Assembly: GCA_036555005.1 (NCBI GenBank)
Contig: DATBME010000054.1
Span: 1-49,408, forward strand
DNA: 49,408 nucleotides
Direction: 5' to 3'
Origin: Candidatus Limnocylindria bacterium
GTDB lineage: Bacteria > Chloroflexota > Limnocylindria > QHBO01
Both the position numbers and the translations under genes were made by a program. The notes under the pieces are model-generated. The model saw only the letters and a program-made list of their open reading frames with translations, did not search any database and was not told the origin of the DNA. Positions 37,995 to 46,579 of the stretch are shown one piece after another (position 1 is the first letter of the stretch; every line of letters begins with the position of its first letter).

Positions 37995-38246
37995 ATGCCA
38001 CTGTTCATGGACGTCCACGACATCGATGGGGGCGTCGCCGTGGGCGACGTGTCGAAGGCCCACCAGGCGGACCTCAAGACCCAGGGGCAATACGGCGTCA
38101 ACTACCTGCAGTACTGGGTTGACGAGAAGAACGGCAAGGTCTTCTGCCTGGTCGACTCGCCGGATGCCGATGTCGCGGCGCATGTCCACCGCGAGGCCCA
38201 CGGCCTCGTCGCCGATGCGATCTATCCCGTCGTCGAAGGCCAGTAG
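37995..38246 (+). CDS. DUF4242 (SCO4226-like) small protein, copy b
   Basis: 83 aa: MPLFMDVHDIDGGVAVGDVSKAHQADLKTQGQYGVNYLQYWVDEKNGKVFCLVDSP...VHREAHG. AGAGGAGA lies 8 nt upstream. Confidence 0.8.
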   Translation: MPLFMDVHDIDGGVAVGDVSKAHQADLKTQGQYGVNYLQYWVDEKNGKVFCLVDSPDADVAAHVHREAHGLVADAIYPVVEGQ

Positions 38247-38267
38247 GCCAGACAGGAGGAACCACCA

Positions 38268-38807
38268 ATGCGTCTGCCATTCGGCCGCCGCCTCTCGCTG
38301 GCAGCCCTCGCCGCGATCATGCTCATCACCTTCTCAGTTGGCGTGACGGCGGCCAGCAGCCGCCACCAGCAGCTGCAGCGTGCCCGCGAAGCGACTGCCA
38401 AGTTCCGCGACATCGATCGCGCCGCCGACAAGGGCTACGGTCTCCCGCCCGCCGGTCCGCTGCACGAGTGCATCTCCTCCCTGGACGGCACGGGGGCCAT
38501 GGGCTTCCACTACATCAACGGCAGCCTCCTGGATGACAAGGTCCAGGTTCGGAAGCCGGAGGCCCTCGTCTACGCCCCCAACCGGAACGGCAAGCTGCGA
38601 CTGGTCGCCCTGGAGTACGTGGTCTTCGCCGATGCCTGGACAAGCGACGAGCCACCGATGATGTTCGGCGAGATGTTCATGTTCACTCCCGCCCCGAACC
38701 GCTATGAGATCCCGGCCTTCTGGTCACTGCATGTGTGGCTCTACAAGCACAATCCGGCAGGCAGGTTCGAGCCGTTCAACCGCAGGGTCAGCTGCCACTG
38801 CACCTGA
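38268..38807 (+). CDS. Secreted protein of unknown family (signal peptide, C-terminal Cys-His-Cys)
   Basis: 179 aa. MRLPFGRRLSLAALAAIMLITFSVGVTAA is signal-like. CAGGAGGA lies 7 nt upstream and 21 nt after copy b. I recognise no domain. Confidence 0.65.
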   Translation: MRLPFGRRLSLAALAAIMLITFSVGVTAASSRHQQLQRAREATAKFRDIDRAADKGYGLPPAGPLHECISSLDGTGAMGFHYINGSLLDDKVQVRKPEALVYAPNRNGKLRLVALEYVVFADAWTSDEPPMMFGEMFMFTPAPNRYEIPAFWSLHVWLYKHNPAGRFEPFNRRVSCHCT

Positions 38808-38829
38808 CACCTGGCTGCGCAAGGATCCA

Positions 38830-38859
38830 CACGGGCCGCCTCTCCGGAGGCGGCCCGTG
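38830..38859 (+). terminator. Perfect 13-bp-stem hairpin after the DUF4242 operon (no U-tract)
   Basis: cacgggccgcctc-tccg-gaggcggcccgtg. Confidence 0.5.
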
Positions 38860-38897
38860 GCCGCATCGGGGCAGCCGGGGTGGCTTCGCGCCGCCGG

Positions 38898-38903
38898 TAG
38901 ACT
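38898..38903 (+). promoter_or_regulatory. Candidate -10 hexamer TAGACT (leaderless LAL copy 2)
   Basis: TAGACTgccggccATG(38911). Confidence 0.4.
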
Positions 38904-38910
38904 GCCGGCC

Positions 38911-41514
38911 ATGGACCTGCTCGAGCGCGACGAGCTGCTCGCGTCGCTGCGCGCCGAGCTGCGCACCGCCGGATCGACCGGCGCGATCGCGTTCCTGGAG
39001 GGCGAGTCGGGCGTCGGCAAGACGTCGGTCGTGCGGGCACTGGCGGCTGATCTCCCCCGCGCGGTGCGCCTGCTGTGGGGGGCCTGCGACGCGCTGTCGA
39101 CCCCCCGTCCGCTGGGTCCGCTGCTGGACATGGCGTCCGGTGGGGCCCGGCGGGTGGCGCAGGCGCTGGACGCGGGGTCGGCCAGCCATGCCCTGTACGC
39201 CGCGCTGCTGGCCGACCTGCAGACGCCCAGCCTGGCCGTCATCGAGGATGCGCACTGGGCCGATGAGGCGACGCTCGACCTGCTGCGCTTCGTCGGCCGT
39301 CGCGCGAGCCAGACCAGGTCGCTCCTGCTGGTCACGATGCGCGACGACGAGGTCGGCCCGGACCATCCGCTGCGCAGTGTCCTCGGCGACCTGGCGACGG
39401 CATCCGCCAGGCGCCTCCGGGTCAGCCCGCTGTCGCTCGAGGGCGTTCGTCGACTTGCCGCGAGCCAGCCCATCGACGCTGAGCGGCTGCACGCCGCCAG
39501 CGGCGGCAACCCGTTCTATGTGACCGAAGTGCTGGCGGCTCCCGGCTGGACCGTTCCGCCCAGCGTGCGGGACGCCGTGCACGCCCGGGTAGCGCGGCTG
39601 CCGGAGGCGACGCGGACGCCGCTCGAGGCGGTGTCGATCGACCCCGGCGCGGTGCAGCGCACCGTGCTGCGCGCGCTGGACATCGCTGACGACGCCGTCG
39701 CGTCGGCCACGGAGGCCGCGGTCCTGGTCGACGATGGTGACCGGCTCAGCTTCCGCCACGAGCTGGCGCGCCTGGCGATCGCCGACGCACTGCCGGCCGG
39801 CCGCCGCATGGATCTCCATCGGCGCATGCTCGACGCCCTGGTCGACCTGGGCGTGACCGACGTCGCCCGGCTGGCTCACCACGCCGCCGGGAGCGGCCAG
39901 CCGGCGGCCGAGCTGGAGTGGAGCATGGCCGCGGCACGCGAGGCCGCACTGGCTGGAGCTCATCGCGAGGCGGCGGCGCAGTACGCCAGGGCGGTGCGCC
40001 ACGCGGACCTCCTGCCGCGAAGCGAGGCGATCGACCTGTTCGAACGCTACGGGGAGCTGCTGATCATCATCGATCAGCCGGCGCGCGCCGTTGACATCTG
40101 GGAGCGAGTGGTCGGCATGCGGCGCGCGACGGACGACCGCATCGGCGTGGCCGTCGCCGAGGCGATGTACGCCCGCGCGCTCTGGACAGCCGGCCGCGGC
40201 GAGGAGGCATACCCGCTCATCTCCAGAACCACGGAGGCCCTGGAAGGCGAGCCCGATCCGCGGGTGTGCCTCGCCTTCGGGACGCGCGCCTACCTGGCGA
40301 TGCTCGCCCGTCGTTCGGAGGAGGCGGTCCTGTGGGCGCGACGCGCCATCGACCTGGAGCCGAGCGGCGAGTACGACTGGGTGCTGCCGATGGCCCTCAA
40401 CGCCCTGGGCTCGGCCCGCATCTGCGGCTTCCAGGACATCGGCGGCATCGACGACCTGCTGCTCTCCCAGCGGCGGGCCGCCGAGATCGGATCGCGACGC
40501 TACGTGGCGGCTGCCTACACCAACCTCGGCTCTGGCCTGGGCGAGATCCGCCGCTACGCGGAAGCGGAGCGCTACCTCCAGGAGGGCATCGACTACGCGA
40601 CCGCCGAGGATCTCGACTTCACGAAGAACTACTGCATCGCCTGGCTGGGCCGCGTGCGCTTCGAGCAGGGCCGCTGGCCGGAAGCCCTGGAGCTGGCGGA
40701 GCGCGCCCTGGCGGACGAGGAGATCTCGCCCATCTCGCCGATGGTGGCCCTCACCGTCCAGGCCCGGGTCGCAACCCGGAGGGGCAGTCCCGATGCCGCG
40801 CGGCCGCTGAAGCTCGCGTGGCGGCTGGCCGAGCAGAGCGGCGACCTGCAGCGCCTCTGGCCGGCGGTGGCGGCCCGCGCCGAGCTGGCCTGGCTGACCG
40901 GGTCGCCAGCCGATGCGATTGGCGACGACCTGCACCGGGTCCTCCAGCTGGCCCGTGAGAAGCGGCTGGCCTGGGCAATCGGCGAGCTCGCCTGCTGGCA
41001 GCAGCGGCTCGCACTCGACAACGCCACGGACGTCGCGGACGCCGCCGAGCCCTTCGCCGCGCAGCTCAAGGGCGATCACGTCGCGGCGGCGGCTGCCTGG
41101 CGCCGGCTCGGCTGCCCGTACGAGGAGGCATGGGCACTGGCCGACAGCGGCACCGAGGCGGCCATGCGCGACGGACTGGCGATCCTCATCCGGCTCGGGG
41201 CCGAGCCGCTGGCCGACCGCGTGCGCCGCTCGTTGCGCGCCCTGGGCGCGACCGGGGTTCCGAGGGCCCGCCGCCGGTCCACCGCGGCGGCACCGTCCGG
41301 CCTCACCGTCCGCGAGCAGGAGGTGCTGGCCTTGGTGGCCAGGGGGCTGACCGATCGCCAGATCGCCGAGCGCCTGTTCGTGTCGCCGAAGACCGCCGGC
41401 CACCACGTCTCGGCCATCCTGGCCAAGCTGGGCGTCAGCCGCCGAACGGAGGCGGCCGCCACCGCGCTCAGCATGGGGTGGATCCAGCCTGAAAATGGGG
41501 AGCCCTCCCGATGA
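38911..41514 (+). CDS. Large ATP-binding LuxR-family regulator (LAL/STAND), copy 2
   Basis: MDLLERDELLASL..., Walker A GESGVGKT, Walker B LAVIEDAHWAD, a helical/TPR-like middle, and C-terminal LTVREQEVLALVARGLTDRQIAERLFVSPKTAGHHVSAILAKLG. The track ORF is extended to 38704. Confidence 0.85.
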   Translation: MDLLERDELLASLRAELRTAGSTGAIAFLEGESGVGKTSVVRALAADLPRAVRLLWGACDALSTPRPLGPLLDMASGGARRVAQALDAGSASHALYAALLADLQTPSLAVIEDAHWADEATLDLLRFVGRRASQTRSLLLVTMRDDEVGPDHPLRSVLGDLATASARRLRVSPLSLEGVRRLAASQPIDAERLHAASGGNPFYVTEVLAAPGWTVPPSVRDAVHARVARLPEATRTPLEAVSIDPGAVQRTVLRALDIADDAVASATEAAVLVDDGDRLSFRHELARLAIADALPAGRRMDLHRRMLDALVDLGVTDVARLAHHAAGSGQPAAELEWSMAAAREAALAGAHREAAAQYARAVRHADLLPRSEAIDLFERYGELLIIIDQPARAVDIWERVVGMRRATDDRIGVAVAEAMYARALWTAGRGEEAYPLISRTTEALEGEPDPRVCLAFGTRAYLAMLARRSEEAVLWARRAIDLEPSGEYDWVLPMALNALGSARICGFQDIGGIDDLLLSQRRAAEIGSRRYVAAAYTNLGSGLGEIRRYAEAERYLQEGIDYATAEDLDFTKNYCIAWLGRVRFEQGRWPEALELAERALADEEISPISPMVALTVQARVATRRGSPDAARPLKLAWRLAEQSGDLQRLWPAVAARAELAWLTGSPADAIGDDLHRVLQLAREKRLAWAIGELACWQQRLALDNATDVADAAEPFAAQLKGDHVAAAAAWRRLGCPYEEAWALADSGTEAAMRDGLAILIRLGAEPLADRVRRSLRALGATGVPRARRRSTAAAPSGLTVREQEVLALVARGLTDRQIAERLFVSPKTAGHHVSAILAKLGVSRRTEAAATALSMGWIQPENGEPSR

Positions 41515-41569
41515 GGCCGGAGCCCGCCGGACCCTAGCCTCGTCCGACACCGCAGCCAACGAGGACGCG

Positions 41570-41842
41570 ATGCCGCGCTACGTGGTCGAACGCACCTTTC
41601 CCGGCGGGCTGGCGGTCCCCGCCGACGAACGCAGCAAGGAAGTCTGGCGCGGGGTGGTCGCTCGGAACGCAGACGAGGCGGTGACCTGGATCCACTCGTA
41701 CGTGAGCGATGACCACAGCCGCCTGCTGTGCATCTATGAGGCCGACGACCCGGACGCCATCCGCCGCGCGGCCGAGCGCAACCAGCTGCCGGTCGATCGC
41801 ATCACGTTGGTGACCGTGCTGGACCCGCACGCCTACCGCTGA
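41570..41842 (+). CDS. DUF4242 small protein, copy c (divergent subtype)
   Basis: 90 aa: MPRYVVERTFPGGLAVPADE...VTWIHSYVSDDHSRLLCIYEADDPDAIRRAAERNQLPVDRITLVTVLDP. GAGGA lies 5 nt upstream and 55 nt after the LAL2 stop. Confidence 0.8.
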   Translation: MPRYVVERTFPGGLAVPADERSKEVWRGVVARNADEAVTWIHSYVSDDHSRLLCIYEADDPDAIRRAAERNQLPVDRITLVTVLDPHAYR

Positions 41843-41863
41843 AGCGAGGGCACGTGGACGACG

Positions 41864-42886
41864 TCAGGCCGGCGGCCGCACCTCGCCGCGCTGGCGGATG
41901 ACGGAGGCCGTGGTCGCGCGCCAGTCGTAGCCGGCGGGCGACTCCTCGGCACCCAGCAGGCCCTGCTCCCGCAGCCAGCCGTCGTTGAACAGCTTCCCGA
42001 CGTAGTTCCGTCCGCCATCGGGCAGGATCACCACGAACAGCGCCTCGGGGTCGGCCAGGTCGCGGGCAACCTGCAGGGCGGCCCACAGCGCGGTGCCGCA
42101 CGACTCGCCCATCAGGATCCCCTCGGCGGCGGTCGCCTGGCGGGCGGTGAGCATCGAATCGCGGTCCGACACGCGCACGACCAGATCGCAGGCATCGGCG
42201 TCGTAGGTGGCCGGCCAGAAGTCTTCGCCGATCCCCTCGGTCAGGTAGGGCTGCGGATCGGCGCCCGAATAGACGCTCCCCGCCGGATCGGCGCCCACCA
42301 CCTGGATGGCGGCGTTCTGCTCGCGCAGGTAGCGGCCCGCCCCGCTGACGGTGCCACCCGTCCCCAGGGCGACCACCAGGTGGGTGATGCGGCCATCCGT
42401 GGTCTCCCAGATCTCGGGGCCGGTGGCCAGGTAGTGCGCTTCCGGGTTGGCCGGGTTGGTGTACTGGTCCGGCTTCCAGGCGCCCGGCGTCTCGCGCGCG
42501 ATCCGATCCGAGACGCGGTAGTAGGAGCGCTCGTCATCGGGGTCGACGTCGGTCGGGCAGATCACGACCTCCGCCCCGTAGGCGCGCAGCAGCGCGCGCT
42601 TCTCCTCCGACTGCTTATCGGCCATGACGAAGATGCAGCGATAGCCCTTGATGGCCGCCGCCATGGCCAGGCCGACGCCGGTGTTGCCGCTGGTCGGCTC
42701 CACGATCACGCCGCCGCGCCGCAGCAGCCCGGCCCGCTCGGCCGCCTCGATCATGGGCAGCGCGATGCGGTCCTTGACCGATCCGCCGGGGTTCATGTGC
42801 TCCAGCTTGCCGACGATGCGCGGCGCCACCCCATCGGCCAGGCGGTCGAGCGCGACCAGCGGGGTGCCCCCCACGGCCGCGGTCAC
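41864..42886 (-). CDS. Cysteine synthase / cystathionine beta-synthase-like PLP enzyme (no CBS pair)
   Basis: GGTPLVAL...LEHMNPGGSVKDRIA...EPTSGNTGVGLA. The GTG start leaves an unusually short N-terminus, and the frame stays open upstream without a canonical start. Confidence 0.85.
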   Translation of the reverse strand: MTAAVGGTPLVALDRLADGVAPRIVGKLEHMNPGGSVKDRIALPMIEAAERAGLLRRGGVIVEPTSGNTGVGLAMAAAIKGYRCIFVMADKQSEEKRALLRAYGAEVVICPTDVDPDDERSYYRVSDRIARETPGAWKPDQYTNPANPEAHYLATGPEIWETTDGRITHLVVALGTGGTVSGAGRYLREQNAAIQVVGADPAGSVYSGADPQPYLTEGIGEDFWPATYDADACDLVVRVSDRDSMLTARQATAAEGILMGESCGTALWAALQVARDLADPEALFVVILPDGGRNYVGKLFNDGWLREQGLLGAEESPAGYDWRATTASVIRQRGEVRPPA

Positions 42887-42905
42887 ATCGGGCAGGATGC
42901 CGCGC

Positions 42906-43808
42906 TCAGCCAGCGCTTGGCTCCGTGCTGGGTTCGGCCGATTCGGCTGCCTCGCCGTTGGCCTCGGTAGCGGCCGCCTCCCGGGCCTCCTTCTCCTTGA
43001 TCCAGGCGCCCGGCACCCCCCAACCCCGCCGGTGACGCAGCCACAGGAAGCCGCCCGCAGCGATGAAGGTGAGGACGCCCAGCCAGATTGCGGTCGGCAC
43101 GCCCAGGATGATCCAGTTCTGCGTCCGGAAGGTTTCCAGCCAGACGCGCTCGGCCGAGTACCACATCAGATAGATGAGCAGGATGTCGCCGTCATACAGC
43201 CAGTGGGCGAAGCGACGGCCGATCCACAGGATCACGCCGAAGCCGATCAGGCTCAGGATCGCCTCGTAGGCGAACAGGGGGTGGAAGCGCGTGGTCGCCT
43301 CCGGGAACAGGGTGAGGTTGGTCCATTCGCCGATGCGGTGCTCGGCGGCGATCGGGATGCCCCACGGCAGGTCGGTGGGCGGGCCGTACAGCTCCTGGTT
43401 GACGAAGTTGCCGAGCCGGCCGATGGCCTGGCCCAGCAGCATCGCCGAGGCGAAGACGTCCAGCCAGCGAGCGGTGTTGGCCCCGATCCAGCGCGTGTAG
43501 AGCCAGAGCGCCAGCACGCCGCCGGCCACCGCCCCCGGGATGCCGAGGCCGCCGCTCCAGATCTGCGGGATCAGGACCAGGTTCTGCGAGTAGAAGTCCC
43601 ATTGGTGGATGACGTGGTAGATGCGGGCGCCGATCACGGCCGCCAGCAGCACCGGCAGCAGCATCGACCAGCCAACATCGGGGTCCATGCCGCGGCGCCG
43701 CGCCTCGATGGTCCCGACCCAGCCGGCCGCCAGCACCGCCAGGGCGATGATGATCCCGTACCAGTGCACCTGGATGCCGCCGATCTGGAAGGCGACGGGA
43801 TCGATCAC
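42906..43808 (-). CDS. lgt: Prolipoprotein diacylglyceryl transferase
   Basis: IQVHWYGIIIALAVL...SGGLGIPGAVAGG...GQAIGRLGNFVNQELYGPPTDLPWG. TAGAAT-N7-GTG lies upstream. Confidence 0.9.
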   Translation of the reverse strand: MIDPVAFQIGGIQVHWYGIIIALAVLAAGWVGTIEARRRGMDPDVGWSMLLPVLLAAVIGARIYHVIHQWDFYSQNLVLIPQIWSGGLGIPGAVAGGVLALWLYTRWIGANTARWLDVFASAMLLGQAIGRLGNFVNQELYGPPTDLPWGIPIAAEHRIGEWTNLTLFPEATTRFHPLFAYEAILSLIGFGVILWIGRRFAHWLYDGDILLIYLMWYSAERVWLETFRTQNWIILGVPTAIWLGVLTFIAAGGFLWLRHRRGWGVPGAWIKEKEAREAAATEANGEAAESAEPSTEPSAG

Positions 43809-43818
43809 GCCGGCGATT

Positions 43819-45105
43819 CTAACCCGGCTCGCCGCTGAGGCTCCGGATCGCCTCCTCGGCCGATGTGGCGCGCTCGATGGGGCTTGGCTGGTCAGGGAAG
43901 CGCTCGAGCTGCCAGAGCATCGGGAACAGGCGCGTCCAGGCGATACCGACCACCAGCGTGGCCAGGCCGCCGACCAGGACCGCCGGCACCACGCCCCACC
44001 AGGCGGCGGTCACGCCGGACTCGAACTCACCCAGCTCGTTCGATGCGCCGATGAAGACGGCGTTCACCGCGCTGACGCGGCCGCGGATCACGTCCGGCGA
44101 CTGCAGCTGCACCAGCAGGTGGCGCACGTACATGCTGACCATGTCCGACGCGCCCAGGACGCCGAGTGCCAGCAGCGACAGCCAGAACGAGGTCGACAGC
44201 CCGAACACCACGATCGAGATGCCGAACACGAAGACGCCACCGAACAGCCAGCGCCCGACGGCGGTGCGCACCGGGCGCAGGGCGAGCACCCCACCGGCAA
44301 GCGCGGCGCCCACGGCCGGCGCGGCGCGCAGCACGCCCAGGCCCACCGGGCCGACGTGCAGGACGTCGCTGGCAAAGGCCGGCAGCAGGGCGGTGGCGCC
44401 GCCGAACAACACCGCGAACAGGTCGAGCGACATGGAGCCCAGGATCGGTGGATGGTCGCGCACGAAGCGCACGCCCGACAGCAGGCTGCGCAAGGTGGTC
44501 GGTTCGGCCGCCGCCGCGTCCACCCCGCCGCCGGCGCGTAGCCCCCAGATGAACCAGGCGGAGACCAGGATCAGGACCGTGACCGTCGCATAGACGACGC
44601 CGGTGCCGAGCAAGATCAGCAGGCCCGCCACCGCCGGGCCGGCGATGGTGGCGATCTGCATGGTCGAGGTGTTGAGCGCCACCGCGTTGCCGAAGTCCGC
44701 GCGCGGCACCAGGTTCGGCAGCAGCGCCTGGCTGGTCGGCATGTTGAATGCCCGCACCACGCCGAACATGGCCATCACCACGAAGATCGGCAGCACCGAG
44801 GTCACGCCGACCACGGCGAAGGCGGTTAGCAGGGCCGACGCGACCGCGGCCAGCAGGTAACAGGCCAGGATCACCCGCCGCCGGTCGTGGCGATCGGCGA
44901 TGTGCCCCGCCGGCAGCACCAGGATCACGAACGGCAGGAACTGCGACAGGCCGATCAGCCCCAGGTCGAGCGGGTTGTGAGTGGTCTCGTAGACCTGCCA
45001 GCCGACCGCCACGGTCTGCATCTGGACGGCGATGCCGACCAGGAAGCGGGCGCTCAGGTAGCGCCGCACGTCGGGATAGGCCAGGGACGAGAAGCGCGTC
45101 GACAC
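43819..45105 (-). CDS. MFS transporter (EntS/MFS_3-like)
   Basis: 12 predicted TM helices. The N-terminus STRFSSLAYPDVRRYLSARFL is typical for the family. TATGCT-N9-GTG at 45105; the track start at 45216 would overlap the divergent gene. Confidence 0.78.
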   Translation of the reverse strand: MSTRFSSLAYPDVRRYLSARFLVGIAVQMQTVAVGWQVYETTHNPLDLGLIGLSQFLPFVILVLPAGHIADRHDRRRVILACYLLAAVASALLTAFAVVGVTSVLPIFVVMAMFGVVRAFNMPTSQALLPNLVPRADFGNAVALNTSTMQIATIAGPAVAGLLILLGTGVVYATVTVLILVSAWFIWGLRAGGGVDAAAAEPTTLRSLLSGVRFVRDHPPILGSMSLDLFAVLFGGATALLPAFASDVLHVGPVGLGVLRAAPAVGAALAGGVLALRPVRTAVGRWLFGGVFVFGISIVVFGLSTSFWLSLLALGVLGASDMVSMYVRHLLVQLQSPDVIRGRVSAVNAVFIGASNELGEFESGVTAAWWGVVPAVLVGGLATLVVGIAWTRLFPMLWQLERFPDQPSPIERATSAEEAIRSLSGEPG

Positions 45106-45196
45106 GGGTCGCGCAGCATACCGGCGCCGCAGTGCCACCGCAGTCGGCAAGTGGCAGACTGCGCGGCACATCTCGCCGCGGAGGGACGAGGTACCG

Positions 45197-46579
45197 ATGC
45201 ACGAGCGCCCGGCCACGCCGACGGCGGCCGACGACCGCGACCAGTTCGGCCGGCCGAAGACGCCACTCGGCTTCGGCCAGCTGCTGGCGGTGACCGCCTA
45301 CTGGCTGGCGATCACCGTCCTGTGGGGGGCATTCACCTTCACCGTGATCCCACGCCTGGTCGAGTCGGATGGCGTGCTGGGCGACGCCGGGCACCCTTTG
45401 GCCGGGCTGGCGATCGGCGTGGTCACCACCGCTGGCGTGCTGATCGCCATCGTGGTGCAGCCGACGATGGGGGCCATCAGCGACCACACCCGCTCGCGAA
45501 TGGGTCGCCGCAAGCCCTACATCCTGGCCGGCACGCTGCTCGACATCGTCTTCCTCAGCTTCGCGGCCTGGGCCTTCTGGACGGAGAACTACTGGGCGTT
45601 CGTGGCGGCCGTGATCCTGCTGCAGTTCAGCAGCAACTTCGCCCAGGGCCCGTACCAGGGCTACATCCCGGACCTGGTGCCCGGCCGCCAGGTGGGGGTC
45701 GCCTCAGGCATGCTGGGCGCGGCCAACATCGCCGGCAACCTGCTGGGGCCGGGGCTGGCGATCCTGTTCGTGGCCGTCCTGCCGACCTTGCTGGGCTACC
45801 CAGAGATCACGCTGGGCCTGTTCGTCGTCATCGGCGCCATCGAGCTGATCACGATGCTGATCACGGTGCTGTTCGTGCCCGATCGGCCGGCGCCGCCCAC
45901 CGACCTCACCCTCCGTGAGCGGGCGTTGTCGGCCTGGGGCACGGACCTGCTCGCCCAGCGCGACTACGTCTGGCTGCTGGTCAGCCGGCTGTTCGTGCTC
46001 ACCGCGCTGGTATCGCTCCAGGCGTTCGCCGTCTTCTTCCTGGAGAACGCCCATGGCATGGAACCCAACGAAGCCCAGACCGCCCAGTTCCCGCTGATCC
46101 TGACGGTGGCGGTCGCCGCCCTGCTGAGCGCGATCCCCGGTGGGTGGATCTCGACTCGGGTCGGCCGCAAGCCGGTGCTGTACGTGGCCATCGGGCTGGG
46201 CATCGCCGGAGCGGCAGTGATCGCCACCGCGCCCGAGTACTGGATGGTGGTCGCCGCCGCCGTGCCGATCGGCATCTGCAGCGGAGTGTTCCTCGGCGTC
46301 GACTGGGCGCTGATGACCGACATCATTCCCAAGGCCGAATCGGGCCGGTACATGGGTATCAGCAACATCGCGGTCGCCGGCGCGGGACCGATCGCGGCCA
46401 CGGTCGGCGGCGTGGCCGTCTTCCTGGCCCGCCTCGCATCGCTGGGCCCCGAGCTGGCATGGCGAGGGATCTTCGTCCTGATGGCGGTCGAGCTGGTGAT
46501 CGGCGCCTGGGCCCTGCGACGGGTCACCGAACCGGCCCGCGCGACCGCCACCGCCGAGCAGGCGCCGTCCACGGCATGA
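45197..46579 (+). CDS. MFS transporter, GPH/MFS_2-like
   Basis: 460 aa. Loop motif ISDHTRSRMGRRKPYILAGTLL resembles the GPH-family D-x-T-x-S-R-x-G-R-x-R-P motif. Confidence 0.8.
   Translation: MHERPATPTAADDRDQFGRPKTPLGFGQLLAVTAYWLAITVLWGAFTFTVIPRLVESDGVLGDAGHPLAGLAIGVVTTAGVLIAIVVQPTMGAISDHTRSRMGRRKPYILAGTLLDIVFLSFAAWAFWTENYWAFVAAVILLQFSSNFAQGPYQGYIPDLVPGRQVGVASGMLGAANIAGNLLGPGLAILFVAVLPTLLGYPEITLGLFVVIGAIELITMLITVLFVPDRPAPPTDLTLRERALSAWGTDLLAQRDYVWLLVSRLFVLTALVSLQAFAVFFLENAHGMEPNEAQTAQFPLILTVAVAALLSAIPGGWISTRVGRKPVLYVAIGLGIAGAAVIATAPEYWMVVAAAVPIGICSGVFLGVDWALMTDIIPKAESGRYMGISNIAVAGAGPIAATVGGVAVFLARLASLGPELAWRGIFVLMAVELVIGAWALRRVTEPARATATAEQAPSTA

Noticed and set aside
38788-41559. 923-aa minus-strand ORF antisense to LAL copy 2
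   Set aside because: Shadow ORF. The plus strand carries Walker A, Walker B and a GerE HTH. The minus-strand product is Arg/Gly/Pro-rich without motifs.
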